A model generated the notes under the pieces. It did no database searches. It was not told where the DNA came from and saw nothing but the letters and a program-made list of their open reading frames with translations. Both the position numbers and the translations under genes were made by a program. Below are positions 22,779 to 29,919 of a DNA stretch of 32,000 nucleotides, in pieces. This stretch comes from Hyperthermus butylicus DSM 5456 (GTDB lineage: Archaea > Thermoproteota > Thermoprotei_A > Sulfolobales > Pyrodictiaceae). Every line of letters starts with the position of its first letter. Positions within the stretch are counted from its first letter, which is position 1. Location: the NCBI RefSeq assembly GCF_000015145.1, contig NC_008818.1, forward strand, positions 1,470,001 to 1,502,000, written 5' to 3'.

Positions 22779-24473
22779 TTATTTCACCTCCTCTGGTTTA
22801 CCTGGTAGCCATAGGAATCTGTAGACGCTGTATCCTAGTGCTGCTAGTATTGCTAGGAAGAATATTGCCACTAGTGTCACGGCACCGACGCTTGGCGGGT
22901 TGACTGTGTGGGCTACATCGGGCGTCATTACTCCATAGATCGTCCATGGCTTCCTCCCTATTTCTCTTACTGCCCATCCTAGGAAGCTGACGAACTGTAT
23001 GATTATTATCGAGAGCGGTGCTACCGACAGTAGCCATCTAGGAGTTTTTTCCGGATCCTTAGTCCTCCATAGGTAGAAGACTATTGCTAGGGCGTATAGT
23101 CCCATGAGTATTCCAAGACCGGTCTTGGCATAGTATAGGTAGTGTATTATTAGTGGTGGTTTACAGGAGCCGATTCTCGCTGCGTCCTCCTGAAGCGTTG
23201 CTGGGAAGAAGCAGTAATCTGATGGAATCTTATCATAGTTGGGTAGTGGAGCATTGGGATCTCCGTAAGCTAGGAGCGCTACTAATTTCTCGCCGCCTGG
23301 TAATATTTTCGTGACGGGTGTTATCTGGTCGGTGGTGGCCTCCATCGCAGCGAATTTCTCTGGGTTATAATGGGCTATTGATGTACCCATCTCGTGGCCG
23401 AATACGAAGCCCTGTATTGCTATTGTAACGAGTGCTGATACAGCTGCAAACTTGAAGGCAGCATTGACGTAATCTTTGTACTCTTTGGGTGATTTGCCAT
23501 AGCTCTTTATCCTCATTGCATACGCGGCCATTATTGTGAAGGAGCTTACTGTTAATGCCGCCCCTATAACGTGTAGTATTGAAGCTAGGTAGACCGGGCT
23601 CTTGAAGGTGACCGTTGTTACTCCGACAGTCTCTATTGTTTTGACAAGTATCTTGTCCACGATGTCTTTAACGGGGACGTTTAGGATGTCTGGGTGGGCC
23701 TGAACGTAGTCTTTGTTTGCAACCAGTGCCAGTATGCTGTCTTTAACTGTATAGCCTGCCCAAGCCTCATAGACTAATCGTTGAACTATCTTTACCGGCA
23801 TCTCTACTACTACGGCGTCGCTCAATGTATCCTTGACAGTCATTCCAGCGGCCTGTAGTGCTGTGACGTTTAGTGCCTCGACTAAATTGCTGGGTACGAC
23901 AAGAGTCATCTTTGGATAACCTTGATCGTATAGCCATGCACCCGTGTTGGGATCATAGGCAGGCACTATGCCAGTAGGGGCTACCATATAGCTGTTTACG
24001 GAGACGATCATTGCAGCACTGTACCATGGCCCTATGAATGATAGGAATAGCAGTACGACCATGGCGCTTTTACCGAATTTCTTCCATCCATAGTATGTTA
24101 AGTATATGAATACGACTTCTAGTAGGAAGGCGAATACCTCAGCGTACAGTGGGAAGTATATGTATCTACCAGCTGCTTCTGTTAGGTTTGGCCAAAGTAG
24201 GACAAGGCCGAACTCGCTTGCCGTGCCTGTAGCAGCTCCTACTGCGAATACTATTACGAATCCCTTGAACAATGTATACGCTAGTCTCTCCCATTTTTTA
24301 TCATTGGTTTTGGCATATATTAGGTATGCTATAAATGATAGGAAGCTGAGGCCGACGACGTATTGTAGAATCGCCCAGTGGGCCTCAATACCTATGAGTG
24401 ATAGGACCCTGTCGGAAAACGCTGGATATTGACCCCATTGACCTAATAGGTCGGCCAATACCTCACCCATCAA
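22779..24473 (-). CDS. cydA: cytochrome bd-type quinol oxidase subunit I
   Basis: 564 aa. Conserved CydA elements: N-terminal His helix (GIEAHWAILQY), GAATGTASEFGL, PLYAEVFAFLLEVVF...YYGWKKFG, a Q-loop region with HYNPEKFAAMEA (cf. QPxKxAAxE), and C-terminal GWAVREIGRKPWTIYG (cf. GWxxxExGRQPW). Confidence 0.9.
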   Translation of the reverse strand: MMGEVLADLLGQWGQYPAFSDRVLSLIGIEAHWAILQYVVGLSFLSFIAYLIYAKTNDKKWERLAYTLFKGFVIVFAVGAATGTASEFGLVLLWPNLTEAAGRYIYFPLYAEVFAFLLEVVFIYLTYYGWKKFGKSAMVVLLFLSFIGPWYSAAMIVSVNSYMVAPTGIVPAYDPNTGAWLYDQGYPKMTLVVPSNLVEALNVTALQAAGMTVKDTLSDAVVVEMPVKIVQRLVYEAWAGYTVKDSILALVANKDYVQAHPDILNVPVKDIVDKILVKTIETVGVTTVTFKSPVYLASILHVIGAALTVSSFTIMAAYAMRIKSYGKSPKEYKDYVNAAFKFAAVSALVTIAIQGFVFGHEMGTSIAHYNPEKFAAMEATTDQITPVTKILPGGEKLVALLAYGDPNAPLPNYDKIPSDYCFFPATLQEDAARIGSCKPPLIIHYLYYAKTGLGILMGLYALAIVFYLWRTKDPEKTPRWLLSVAPLSIIIIQFVSFLGWAVREIGRKPWTIYGVMTPDVAHTVNPPSVGAVTLVAIFFLAILAALGYSVYRFLWLPGKPEEVK

Positions 24474-24521
24474 CTAGTTATTACAATGTTCTGTTTTTAG
24501 TTCATAACACAAGCTCAAATA

Positions 24522-24566
24522 AAAGAATTTCGTTTAGAAGTGGTAATTTCGAAGAAGAAATTCTTT
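24522..24566. repeat. 10-bp inverted repeat AAAGAATTTC-N25-GAAATTCTTT in the cydA promoter region
   Basis: Arms at 24522-24531 and 24557-24566 are exact reverse complements. A third AATTTC lies at 24545-24550. The promoter-proximal arm (24522-24531) overlaps the minus-strand TATA-like TTTTATTT (24517-24524), ~45-50 nt upstream of ATG 24473. Confidence 0.85.
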
Positions 24567-24638
24567 CTAACCGTACCCATTTTGTAGAATAAGAGTTTTC
24601 TCTAGATGATATTTCAACACTATGTCACTCTCATTCTA

Positions 24639-25688
24639 TTATCCTTTTTCCAAATATGAGGAGTCTGAAATACTAACAAGCACTAATAGGAACCCCAGTA
24701 TGAGCTCTATACTCCCATACAATTCTGAAATGAGCGCTATCAATACCGAAAAGATTAGGAGTGATAGTGCTATTCTCCATGTGAGGAATGGTATTTTGAC
24801 GGGAGCATTATTGCAGTTGTGAGGAAGGCGTTGATGTCTGTGAATGTGAGCATAGTCGCTATTATGGTGAATTTGAAGAGCCAGGGGTCTACGATTAATG
24901 TGAGTATGCTCAATATAAGTAGTGAGATGAACAATTTTGTTCCAGACCTTATTAGTGTACCAAGGATAGCTCCTAGTGTAAGGGCTCCTGCATAGAGTGT
25001 CAGACTCATGTATATGTTACTCGACACGGCACTTGGCATATACACGAGCTTTGCTATTGACAACATGGAGATCAATAATGCTATAATTTGTATAGTGATT
25101 CTATTGTCCTCTTTACGAGGGTTTATTAATGCTTCTGTGAATTTGTCGACTACTTCGAGAGTTATCGCTGGTATGATTGGAGTCCGCTCCTGCACAACTA
25201 TTAATATCATAAAAATTATAATTATTAATATAATAGTTAAGATATGGATATCGAAAACAGTATACAATACTGACAACATTGCATGTGCAATACCAGGAGT
25301 AAACCCGTAGCTTCGAAATAAGAGATGCTATATCCCCCGACGGATCACCGCGCAGAATAGAAGCCAAACAGTAGAGGTACTTACGGCTAGGGATGAAGTA
25401 GAGAGTAGATAGGCAATCATCGCATAGCAGATGGAGTCGAAGACCATAACAAGGGAGACAGCTAGTATCGAGAGAATGGTAGATACAATAGTCTCCCTTC
25501 CTAGAGTATGCTTGGACAGTATATGGTACTGAAATTCTATAGGATAAGAACCATGTAACACCCCATATAGCAACCAATAAGGCAATATCGGTATACCTGT
25601 CCGTTAGCAGTAATGATACCTTAGCCTCAGTCAGGCTCCATACGAATAGCACACTGCCAGTAAATGCTACATACGGCCAGACCCTCAA
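24639..25688 (-). pseudogene. polytopic membrane protein in at least 4 reading frames (probable pseudogene)
   Basis: TTG 25688 is preceded by GGAGGAGG. Hydrophobic segments continue through successive frames: MRVWPYVAFTGSVLFVWSL...LLVAIWGVTWFL; ETIVSTILSILAVSLVMVFDSICYAMIAYLL; ORF 24770..25279 (169 aa, may still be expressed alone); then RIALSLLIFSVLIALISELYGSIELILGFLLVLVSI...EKG* (stop 24639). No family recognised. Confidence 0.4.
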
Positions 25689-25727
25689 TGGCCTCCTCCA
25701 TCCCCTAACACTATCATACCACTGGAG

Positions 25728-26108
25728 TTAAGGGGGTACATTCCCAACTGGAATGTATCTTCCCTTACAACCCCTTTTGAGAATCTCAGAGTAAAGGCCC
25801 ATTATTTTACGTGATTCACCCTCAGCAAAGAAGGCCTCCATACAGGCCTCGTTTAGGTGAGCATGTAGCCATGCTACAATCACCTCACTGTACTCCTCCG
25901 TTATATTAGATAGCTGACCGCTAGCCGGACAGTGAGCTACCAATATTCCCTTGCAATCATGTGGTACTAGTAGGTGGCTATGATCCTCTAAGTAACCCTT
26001 TATCGCTTCCTCAATTAACCTACTTCTATTTACTCCCGTCTGGTTGGATAGGACTTCGAGCATTTTGGCAATAGACTCATTAATACTTATTCCAAATCTT
26101 CTCTTCAC
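25728..26108 (-). CDS. NikR-family (ribbon-helix-helix plus metal-binding domain) transcriptional regulator
   Basis: RHH N-terminus (KRRFGISINESIAKMLEVLSNQTGVNRSRLIEEAIKGYL) and an ACT-like C-domain (VAHCP...EVIVAWLHAHLNEACMEAFFAEGESRKIMGLYSEIL, cf. NikR lHvHld..CLEv.vv.G). GTG 26108 overlaps the permease stop (GTGA). The track start at 26159 would overlap the permease by 55 nt. Confidence 0.8.
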   Translation of the reverse strand: MKRRFGISINESIAKMLEVLSNQTGVNRSRLIEEAIKGYLEDHSHLLVPHDCKGILVAHCPASGQLSNITEEYSEVIVAWLHAHLNEACMEAFFAEGESRKIMGLYSEILKRGCKGRYIPVGNVPP

Positions 26109-26974
26109 CTGTACCACCCCGCGAAATACACGACTCCAAACTCTAGTACGAGTAAGCACCCCGTCATCGCCGAGGAACTCTGGTCAAATCCAATTGCTAA
26201 TGCGAGTCCTGCGAGGAATGAGAATAACGCTATTAGAATGCTCAGTGTTAAAGCCCTATAGACACCCTTTGAAGCATAGTGCGCTATGAGGCCTGGTATA
26301 AGTATTAATACGTGCTCTAATATGAAGCCGACTGTATTGATCATGACTATGACTACAATCCCTATGCTAGTATATAATGCGAGATCGTAGAGCCAGACCT
26401 TGAGTCCGGAGAGCCTTGCATCCTCAATGTCGGCTCCTATGTATACTATCTCTCTAGTCGTCGTATACGCGAAGAACATGAAAAGTATAGCGACGATCAT
26501 AGATATTACCGCGTCGCTTCTCGAGGAAAGCAGTGGATCTCCAAAAACAACGGCCCATATCCTTGATGAGTACGGATACCTAGTCAAGACATAATATGAA
26601 GCCAGCACCCCGCCACTTGCAGTGAGACCAACGAATAAGCTGGTCGCCTCATCTGGATCCATGCCCTTATAGGTCAACCATCCGACTAGGTAGACGAGTA
26701 CAAGGCCGATAACTAGCATCCATACTCTCATCGGGAGGCCTATAAAGACTGATAATGGTATTTAGAGGGCGGCGGCCAAGAATGCACTGTGAGGTGAAGC
26801 TGCTGCCATGTACATTAGCCTTCTTGAATAAACCAGCAAACTAAGTGCACCGAATGCTACTCCGCTTGAAGCCATTACAATTACCCACAGTGGATTGTAT
26901 TCTAATGCTAACACAACCGCTAATGATAATGATGACATCAGTATTATTGTGAGAAGCAAAGTGTGGTTCCTCAT
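26105..26974 (-). pseudogene. ABC-3 (ZnuB/MntB-type) metal transporter permease with in-frame TAA
   Basis: ORFs 26762..26974 and 26105..26731 are in the same frame, separated only by TAA at 26762-26764: ...PHSAFLAAAL*IPLSVFIGLPMRVWMLVIGL.... The combined ~289-codon product has the ABC-3 permease pattern (…VVFGDPLLSSRSD…IGADIEDARLSGLKV…LEHVLILIPGLIAHY…). Confidence 0.8.
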
Positions 26975-27747
26975 TTTCTAGCACCTTCATGCTCGTCAAG
27001 AATATGTATATGTTTCTCCACCTCTACTATTGCCTCACCGTATACTTTCGATAGGAACGCTCGCCCTTAACACCTGATCCGGTGATCCCACCGCATATAT
27101 TATTCTTATTAAGTAGTACTACAACATCTGTGTATTTCTCCAGCAACAGGGATCATGGCTTGTTACATTAACCAGTTTCGTCTTTGATATCTCTCCTAGC
27201 AGATATGAGAATTCAATCTTGCCATGGGGATCTATGGGTGCTAAAGGCTCATCTAATAATAGAATTATAGGATCGTAGAGTAGGGTTCTGGCAATGAATA
27301 CTCTCATTAATACTCCACCACTTAGCTCCCAGAGCCTCTTTCCAAGGACGTCTCTCGTTAATCCAGTCCTGCGTAGAACGTCATAGAGTTTTTCCTTGAC
27401 ATCACTTCCCTCACTTAGTCTAGGCCAACGGCGCGTGAATAGGGCTCTAGATGAAAGGAAATCGTACACCGTCATGGGATTGTACCTAGATATTGGAGAC
27501 GTTGTGGCACATAGCCAATACACTCACCCGCAATGCTAGGATCGCCAGTAGCTTCACTTCCACATACTCTGACTATTCCCTTAGTCGGTTTGATGAGTCC
27601 TGCCATAATTCTTAGAAGGGTAGTCTTACCAACACCGTTCGGTCCAATAACCTGAACTAATGCTGGACCTTGTATGTTTATGTTAATGTCTTCTAATATG
27701 GGCTCGCCATCAACCGAGTAGCTTGTGTTAATCAGTTGAATCTGCAT
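26971..27747 (-). pseudogene. ABC-3 metal transporter ATP-binding protein with at least 4 frameshifts
   Basis: The pieces occupy all three reading frames, with a frame change at each junction: MQIQLINTSYSVDGEPIL...GPNGVGKTTLLRIMAG...IGYVPQRLQ | ISRYNPMTVYDFL...LSGGVLMRVFIARTLLYDPIILLLDEPLAPID...VTSHD | LLLEKYTDVVVLLNKNNICGG | SPDQVLRA | AFLSKVYGEAIVEVEKHIHILDEHEGARK*. The last stop overlaps the permease ATG (ATGA at 26971-26974). Confidence 0.85.
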
Positions 27748-27805
27748 TCTCCTCTGACCGTGCACAATATACAATGAAATCAAACTATTTATGCACACAT
27801 CAATA

Positions 27806-27814
27806 GCCTTGCTA
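27806..27814. repeat. right copy of junction direct repeat (GCCTTGCTA)
   Basis: Matches 8 of 9 positions of GCCTAGCTA at 18832-18840. Sits at the point where the acyP 5' half loses homology. Confidence 0.6.
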
Positions 27815-27890
27815 CGTCTCTCATGGTTGCTCTGAAGAATACGCCCCGCACCCTGCCATAGATGCGGAGGTACGCCTTGGGTATCCCTAC
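27806..27890 (-). pseudogene. acyP: acylphosphatase, 5' (N-terminal) fragment
   Basis: Encodes ...[28 protein letters not shown], the N-terminal acylphosphatase signature (VxGxVxGVxFR). It then reads LLMCA* into insertion DNA (stop 27789-27791). This is the only credible part of track ORF 27789..28139. Confidence 0.8.
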
Positions 27891-27920
27891 TGTAGAGCCG
27901 TGTAGCGCTGCTCGGGGGCG

Positions 27921-27927
27921 ATATAAA
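27921..27927. promoter_or_regulatory. ATATAAA/TTTATAT element between divergent acyP and the UbiA-family gene
   Basis: The only AT-rich heptamer in the GC-rich spacer. It lies ~31-37 nt upstream of the acyP coding remnant (minus strand) and ~85 nt upstream of GTG 28013 (plus strand). Confidence 0.35.
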
Positions 27928-28012
27928 GCTGGCACCCGGGCCGGAGGGCTGGAGGCCTTCCAGGCTATGGCTTGTATTCTGGGCAAGGAGTAAGACCCGC
28001 GGGCCGTCTCGT

Positions 28013-28969
28013 GTGACATGTCTTGGGGGCCTGGCCGTGGGGTCTCAGGGTGCGCCAGCAGCCTGGGATCCAGGTAGGCTTGGCGGCAGAGCTGGTAGGC
28101 TTCGCGCTCTCGCCCGTCTAATCCGTATCGAGCACACACTGTTCAGCCTACCGTTCGCCTATGCTGGCGCCCTCATAGCCTGCCCGGAACGCCTCGATGC
28201 TAGAACAGTTGTGCTCATAGCGCTCGCAGTGTTTGGTCTTAGGACGGCAGCTATGGCCTATAACAATATCGCGGATCTCGATATTGACCAGCTGAACCCA
28301 CGTACGAGGCACAGGCCGCTGGTGATTGGGGTTGTCAGGATCCGCGACGCGTGGCTCCTAGTTTTCGCTGGCTCCCTGCTATACTATGCCTCGGCTGCGC
28401 TGCTCAACCGCTACGCGCTGCTTCTCAGCCCGCTGCCCTGGCTCCTAGCCATGAGCTACCCTCATGCCAAGAGGGTGCACTGGGTTCCACACATCCACCT
28501 GGGCATAGTCCTGGGCCTCGTTGTGTTCGGCGGCGCCGTAGCTACAGCCGGCATGGAGGCCACTGGGCTAATAGATGTTCTCCGCGCTGTGCCATGGCTG
28601 CTCGTGGCTGCTGTAACGCTATGGGTTGCAGGCTTCGACACATACTACGCAATAATGGATCTGGAGTTTGACCGCAAAATGGGGCTGGGCAGTATACCTG
28701 CAAGGCTAGGCGTAAAGGGCGCATTCGCGGCGAGCAGGCTCATGCACTGCGCTACGGCGATCCTCCTAGCCTGGAGCATCCACGCCTATGGGCTCGGCGT
28801 CATAGCAGCTGCCTCGGCCATCATTGCTATCGGCTTGCTGGCGTACCAGCACCTGCTCATCGCCAGGAAGGGCCTCGGCGCGATACCCGAGGCCTTCAAC
28901 ACAAACCTGCTGCTAGGCCTGGTCATAAGCCTCGGAATCGCGGCTGACGTGCTAGCCAGGCTGGCGTGA
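28013..28969 (+). CDS. UbiA family aromatic prenyltransferase
   Basis: Polytopic membrane protein with the first Asp-rich motif AAMAYNNIADLDIDQLNPRTRHRPL (NxxxDxxxD) and the second YYAIMDLEFDRKMG (DxxxD). N-terminal LIRIEHTLFSLPFAYAG is typical of the family. Start is GTG 28013 or GTG 28037. Confidence 0.85.
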   Translation: MTCLGGLAVGSQGAPAAWDPGRLGGRAGRLRALARLIRIEHTLFSLPFAYAGALIACPERLDARTVVLIALAVFGLRTAAMAYNNIADLDIDQLNPRTRHRPLVIGVVRIRDAWLLVFAGSLLYYASAALLNRYALLLSPLPWLLAMSYPHAKRVHWVPHIHLGIVLGLVVFGGAVATAGMEATGLIDVLRAVPWLLVAAVTLWVAGFDTYYAIMDLEFDRKMGLGSIPARLGVKGAFAASRLMHCATAILLAWSIHAYGLGVIAAASAIIAIGLLAYQHLLIARKGLGAIPEAFNTNLLLGLVISLGIAADVLARLA

Positions 28970-28989
28970 AGGAGGAAGGGGAGGTGTTG

Positions 28990-29066
28990 TGGCGGGCCGG
29001 CCGGGATTTGAACCCGGGACCTACGGGTTAAAAGCCCGCCGCTCTGCCAGGCTGAGCTACCGGCCC
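28990..29066 (-). tRNA. tRNA-Lys (anticodon UUU), CCA encoded, no intron
   Basis: The minus strand reads GGGCCGG-TA-GCTC-AGCCTGGCA-GAGC-G-GCGGG-CTTTTAA-CCCGT-AGGTC-CCGGG-TTCAAAT-CCCGG-CCGGCCC-G-CCA. It forms a perfect 7-bp acceptor stem, 4-bp D stem, 5-bp anticodon stem (one G-U) and 5-bp T stem with a TTCAAAT loop. Anticodon-loop positions 34-36 are TTT. Confidence 0.95.
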
Positions 29067-29104
29067 AGACCCCATCATTCCTCCTCCCCACGTGCCCTGG
29101 TTTA

Positions 29105-29704
29105 TTAGGATTGTTTGCCATGCCCCTTGAGGAGGCTCGCCAGCTGCCTTGAGAGCATTGAGGCTAGCTTGTGTGCTGTGAATAATGGCTCAGGCTGCCT
29201 CGTGTGTAGCTGAAGGCTGCACGTCAGGCTCCACGCCTCCCCCGTTTCCATGCCGTAGCTCGCCAATAGCAGCTCCCCCTTGGGGCACGGCATCTTGGAT
29301 AGCTTCGACCAGACCTTCTCGAGCAGCTTCAGCCTAGTCCTCCAGTCGGGAAAGTGTAGCTCAAGCGCTCTCCTCACCGCATCCCGGTTCGGAGGGTACC
29401 AGTACACAACTATGACGGGCACGCTTGTCTCCCTGTGGAGCGCTTCGGGGTCTAGGATGTTGAAGCCTGCATAGATGTTCGTATCCAGCAGTACCGCCTG
29501 CAGCCTATGCCTCTCCATAGCCCTCGCGACTAACTCTGCTGCCCTAGCGGTAGCGTCTAGACCGTCAATGGTTAGCATCGCCGTGTAGGCGCCACAGGGG
29601 CATAGGCTGCTACCCCTCCAGCAGTGGACCGCCAGGACTGCTATCGTTCTCCTCCAGCCCCTCTCGAAGAAGCCGTCGTCGAAACCTGCTATGCAGGCCT
29701 GCAT
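29105..29704 (-). CDS. DUF99/UPF0215 family protein (EndoV-like fold)
   Basis: IAGFDDGFF...AVLAVHC...LTIDGLDATARAAELV...LQAVLLDTNIYAGFNILDPEALHRETSVPVIVVYWYPP...PEPLFTAHKLAS follows, from memory, the conserved pattern of archaeal UPF0215 proteins (GfDDg...vDG.DaT...ldG...gfNv.D...PVI.V...PEPlR.AH). Confidence 0.7.
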   Translation of the reverse strand: MQACIAGFDDGFFERGWRRTIAVLAVHCWRGSSLCPCGAYTAMLTIDGLDATARAAELVARAMERHRLQAVLLDTNIYAGFNILDPEALHRETSVPVIVVYWYPPNRDAVRRALELHFPDWRTRLKLLEKVWSKLSKMPCPKGELLLASYGMETGEAWSLTCSLQLHTRQPEPLFTAHKLASMLSRQLASLLKGHGKQS

Positions 29705-29706
29705 GG

Positions 29707-29919
29707 CTAGCGCTTCTCCTCCCGGTAGGCGTCTAGGCCTGATGCGACGAGGTAGTAGCCTATGGCTGCTGCTAGCAGGCCCGCGAGAACATGCCTTGCG
29801 TAGAGTAGCGCAATGCTTGCTGCTAGGAAGGCTAGTCCAGAGCCTACGAGTAGTGCTGGAAGCCCAGACCGGGCCACGGCTGCCACCAGCCCTGCTGCGG
29901 GGCTACTCCTAGGGCGCAA
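29707..29919 (-). CDS. small membrane protein (2 TM)
   Basis: 70 aa, TTG start overlapping the upstream gene end by 11 nt. Two hydrophobic helices. In an operon with the MoxR/DUF58 genes. Confidence 0.45.
   Translation of the reverse strand: MRPRSSPAAGLVAAVARSGLPALLVGSGLAFLAASIALLYARHVLAGLLAAAIGYYLVASGLDAYREEKR

Larger units (their letters stand above)
18841..27805. other. ~9-kb foreign mosaic insertion (genomic islet) inside acyP, with no recognisable mobility genes
   Basis: Bounded by the two acyP halves and the 9-bp repeat. Composition shifts from ~60% GC flanks to ~45-58% (18.8-19.6 kb), ~60% (19.6-20.1 kb) and ~30-48% (20.1-27.8 kb), estimated by eye on sample lines. Codon usage becomes A/T-ending in the right-hand 7.7 kb. 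Confidence 0.8.

Noticed and set aside
22029-24432. Plus-strand ORFs inside the cyd genes (22029..22415, 24106..24432) and the nested minus-strand ORF 22798..23037
   Set aside because: They are nested in, or antisense to, genes with strong CydA-type motifs. No independent support.
27891-28139. N-terminal ~80 codons of track ORF 27789..28139
   Set aside because: Only the last ~28 codons before the junction match acylphosphatase. The upstream part crosses a TATA-like element and runs antisense to the UbiA-family gene start. A ~50-aa or longer extension is not typical of acylphosphatases.
27921-28969. Functional coupling of the UbiA prenyltransferase with the bd oxidase (quinone supply)
   Set aside because: The two are juxtaposed only because of the insertion. 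The UbiA-family gene is native-GC and lies outside the junction, so adjacency is not evidence of co-function.
28990-29066. tRNA-Lys as the integration (att) site of the island
   Set aside because: The tRNA is ~1.2 kb from the insertion boundary, with an intact native-GC UbiA-family gene in between. The actual junctions lie inside acyP, and no tRNA-derived repeat is seen at the other end.
28786-29121. 111-aa minus-strand ORF from the track
   Set aside because: It is laid over the tRNA-Lys gene (28990-29066) and the end of the UbiA-family gene. Its translation is low-complexity. The tRNA cloverleaf explains the sequence.
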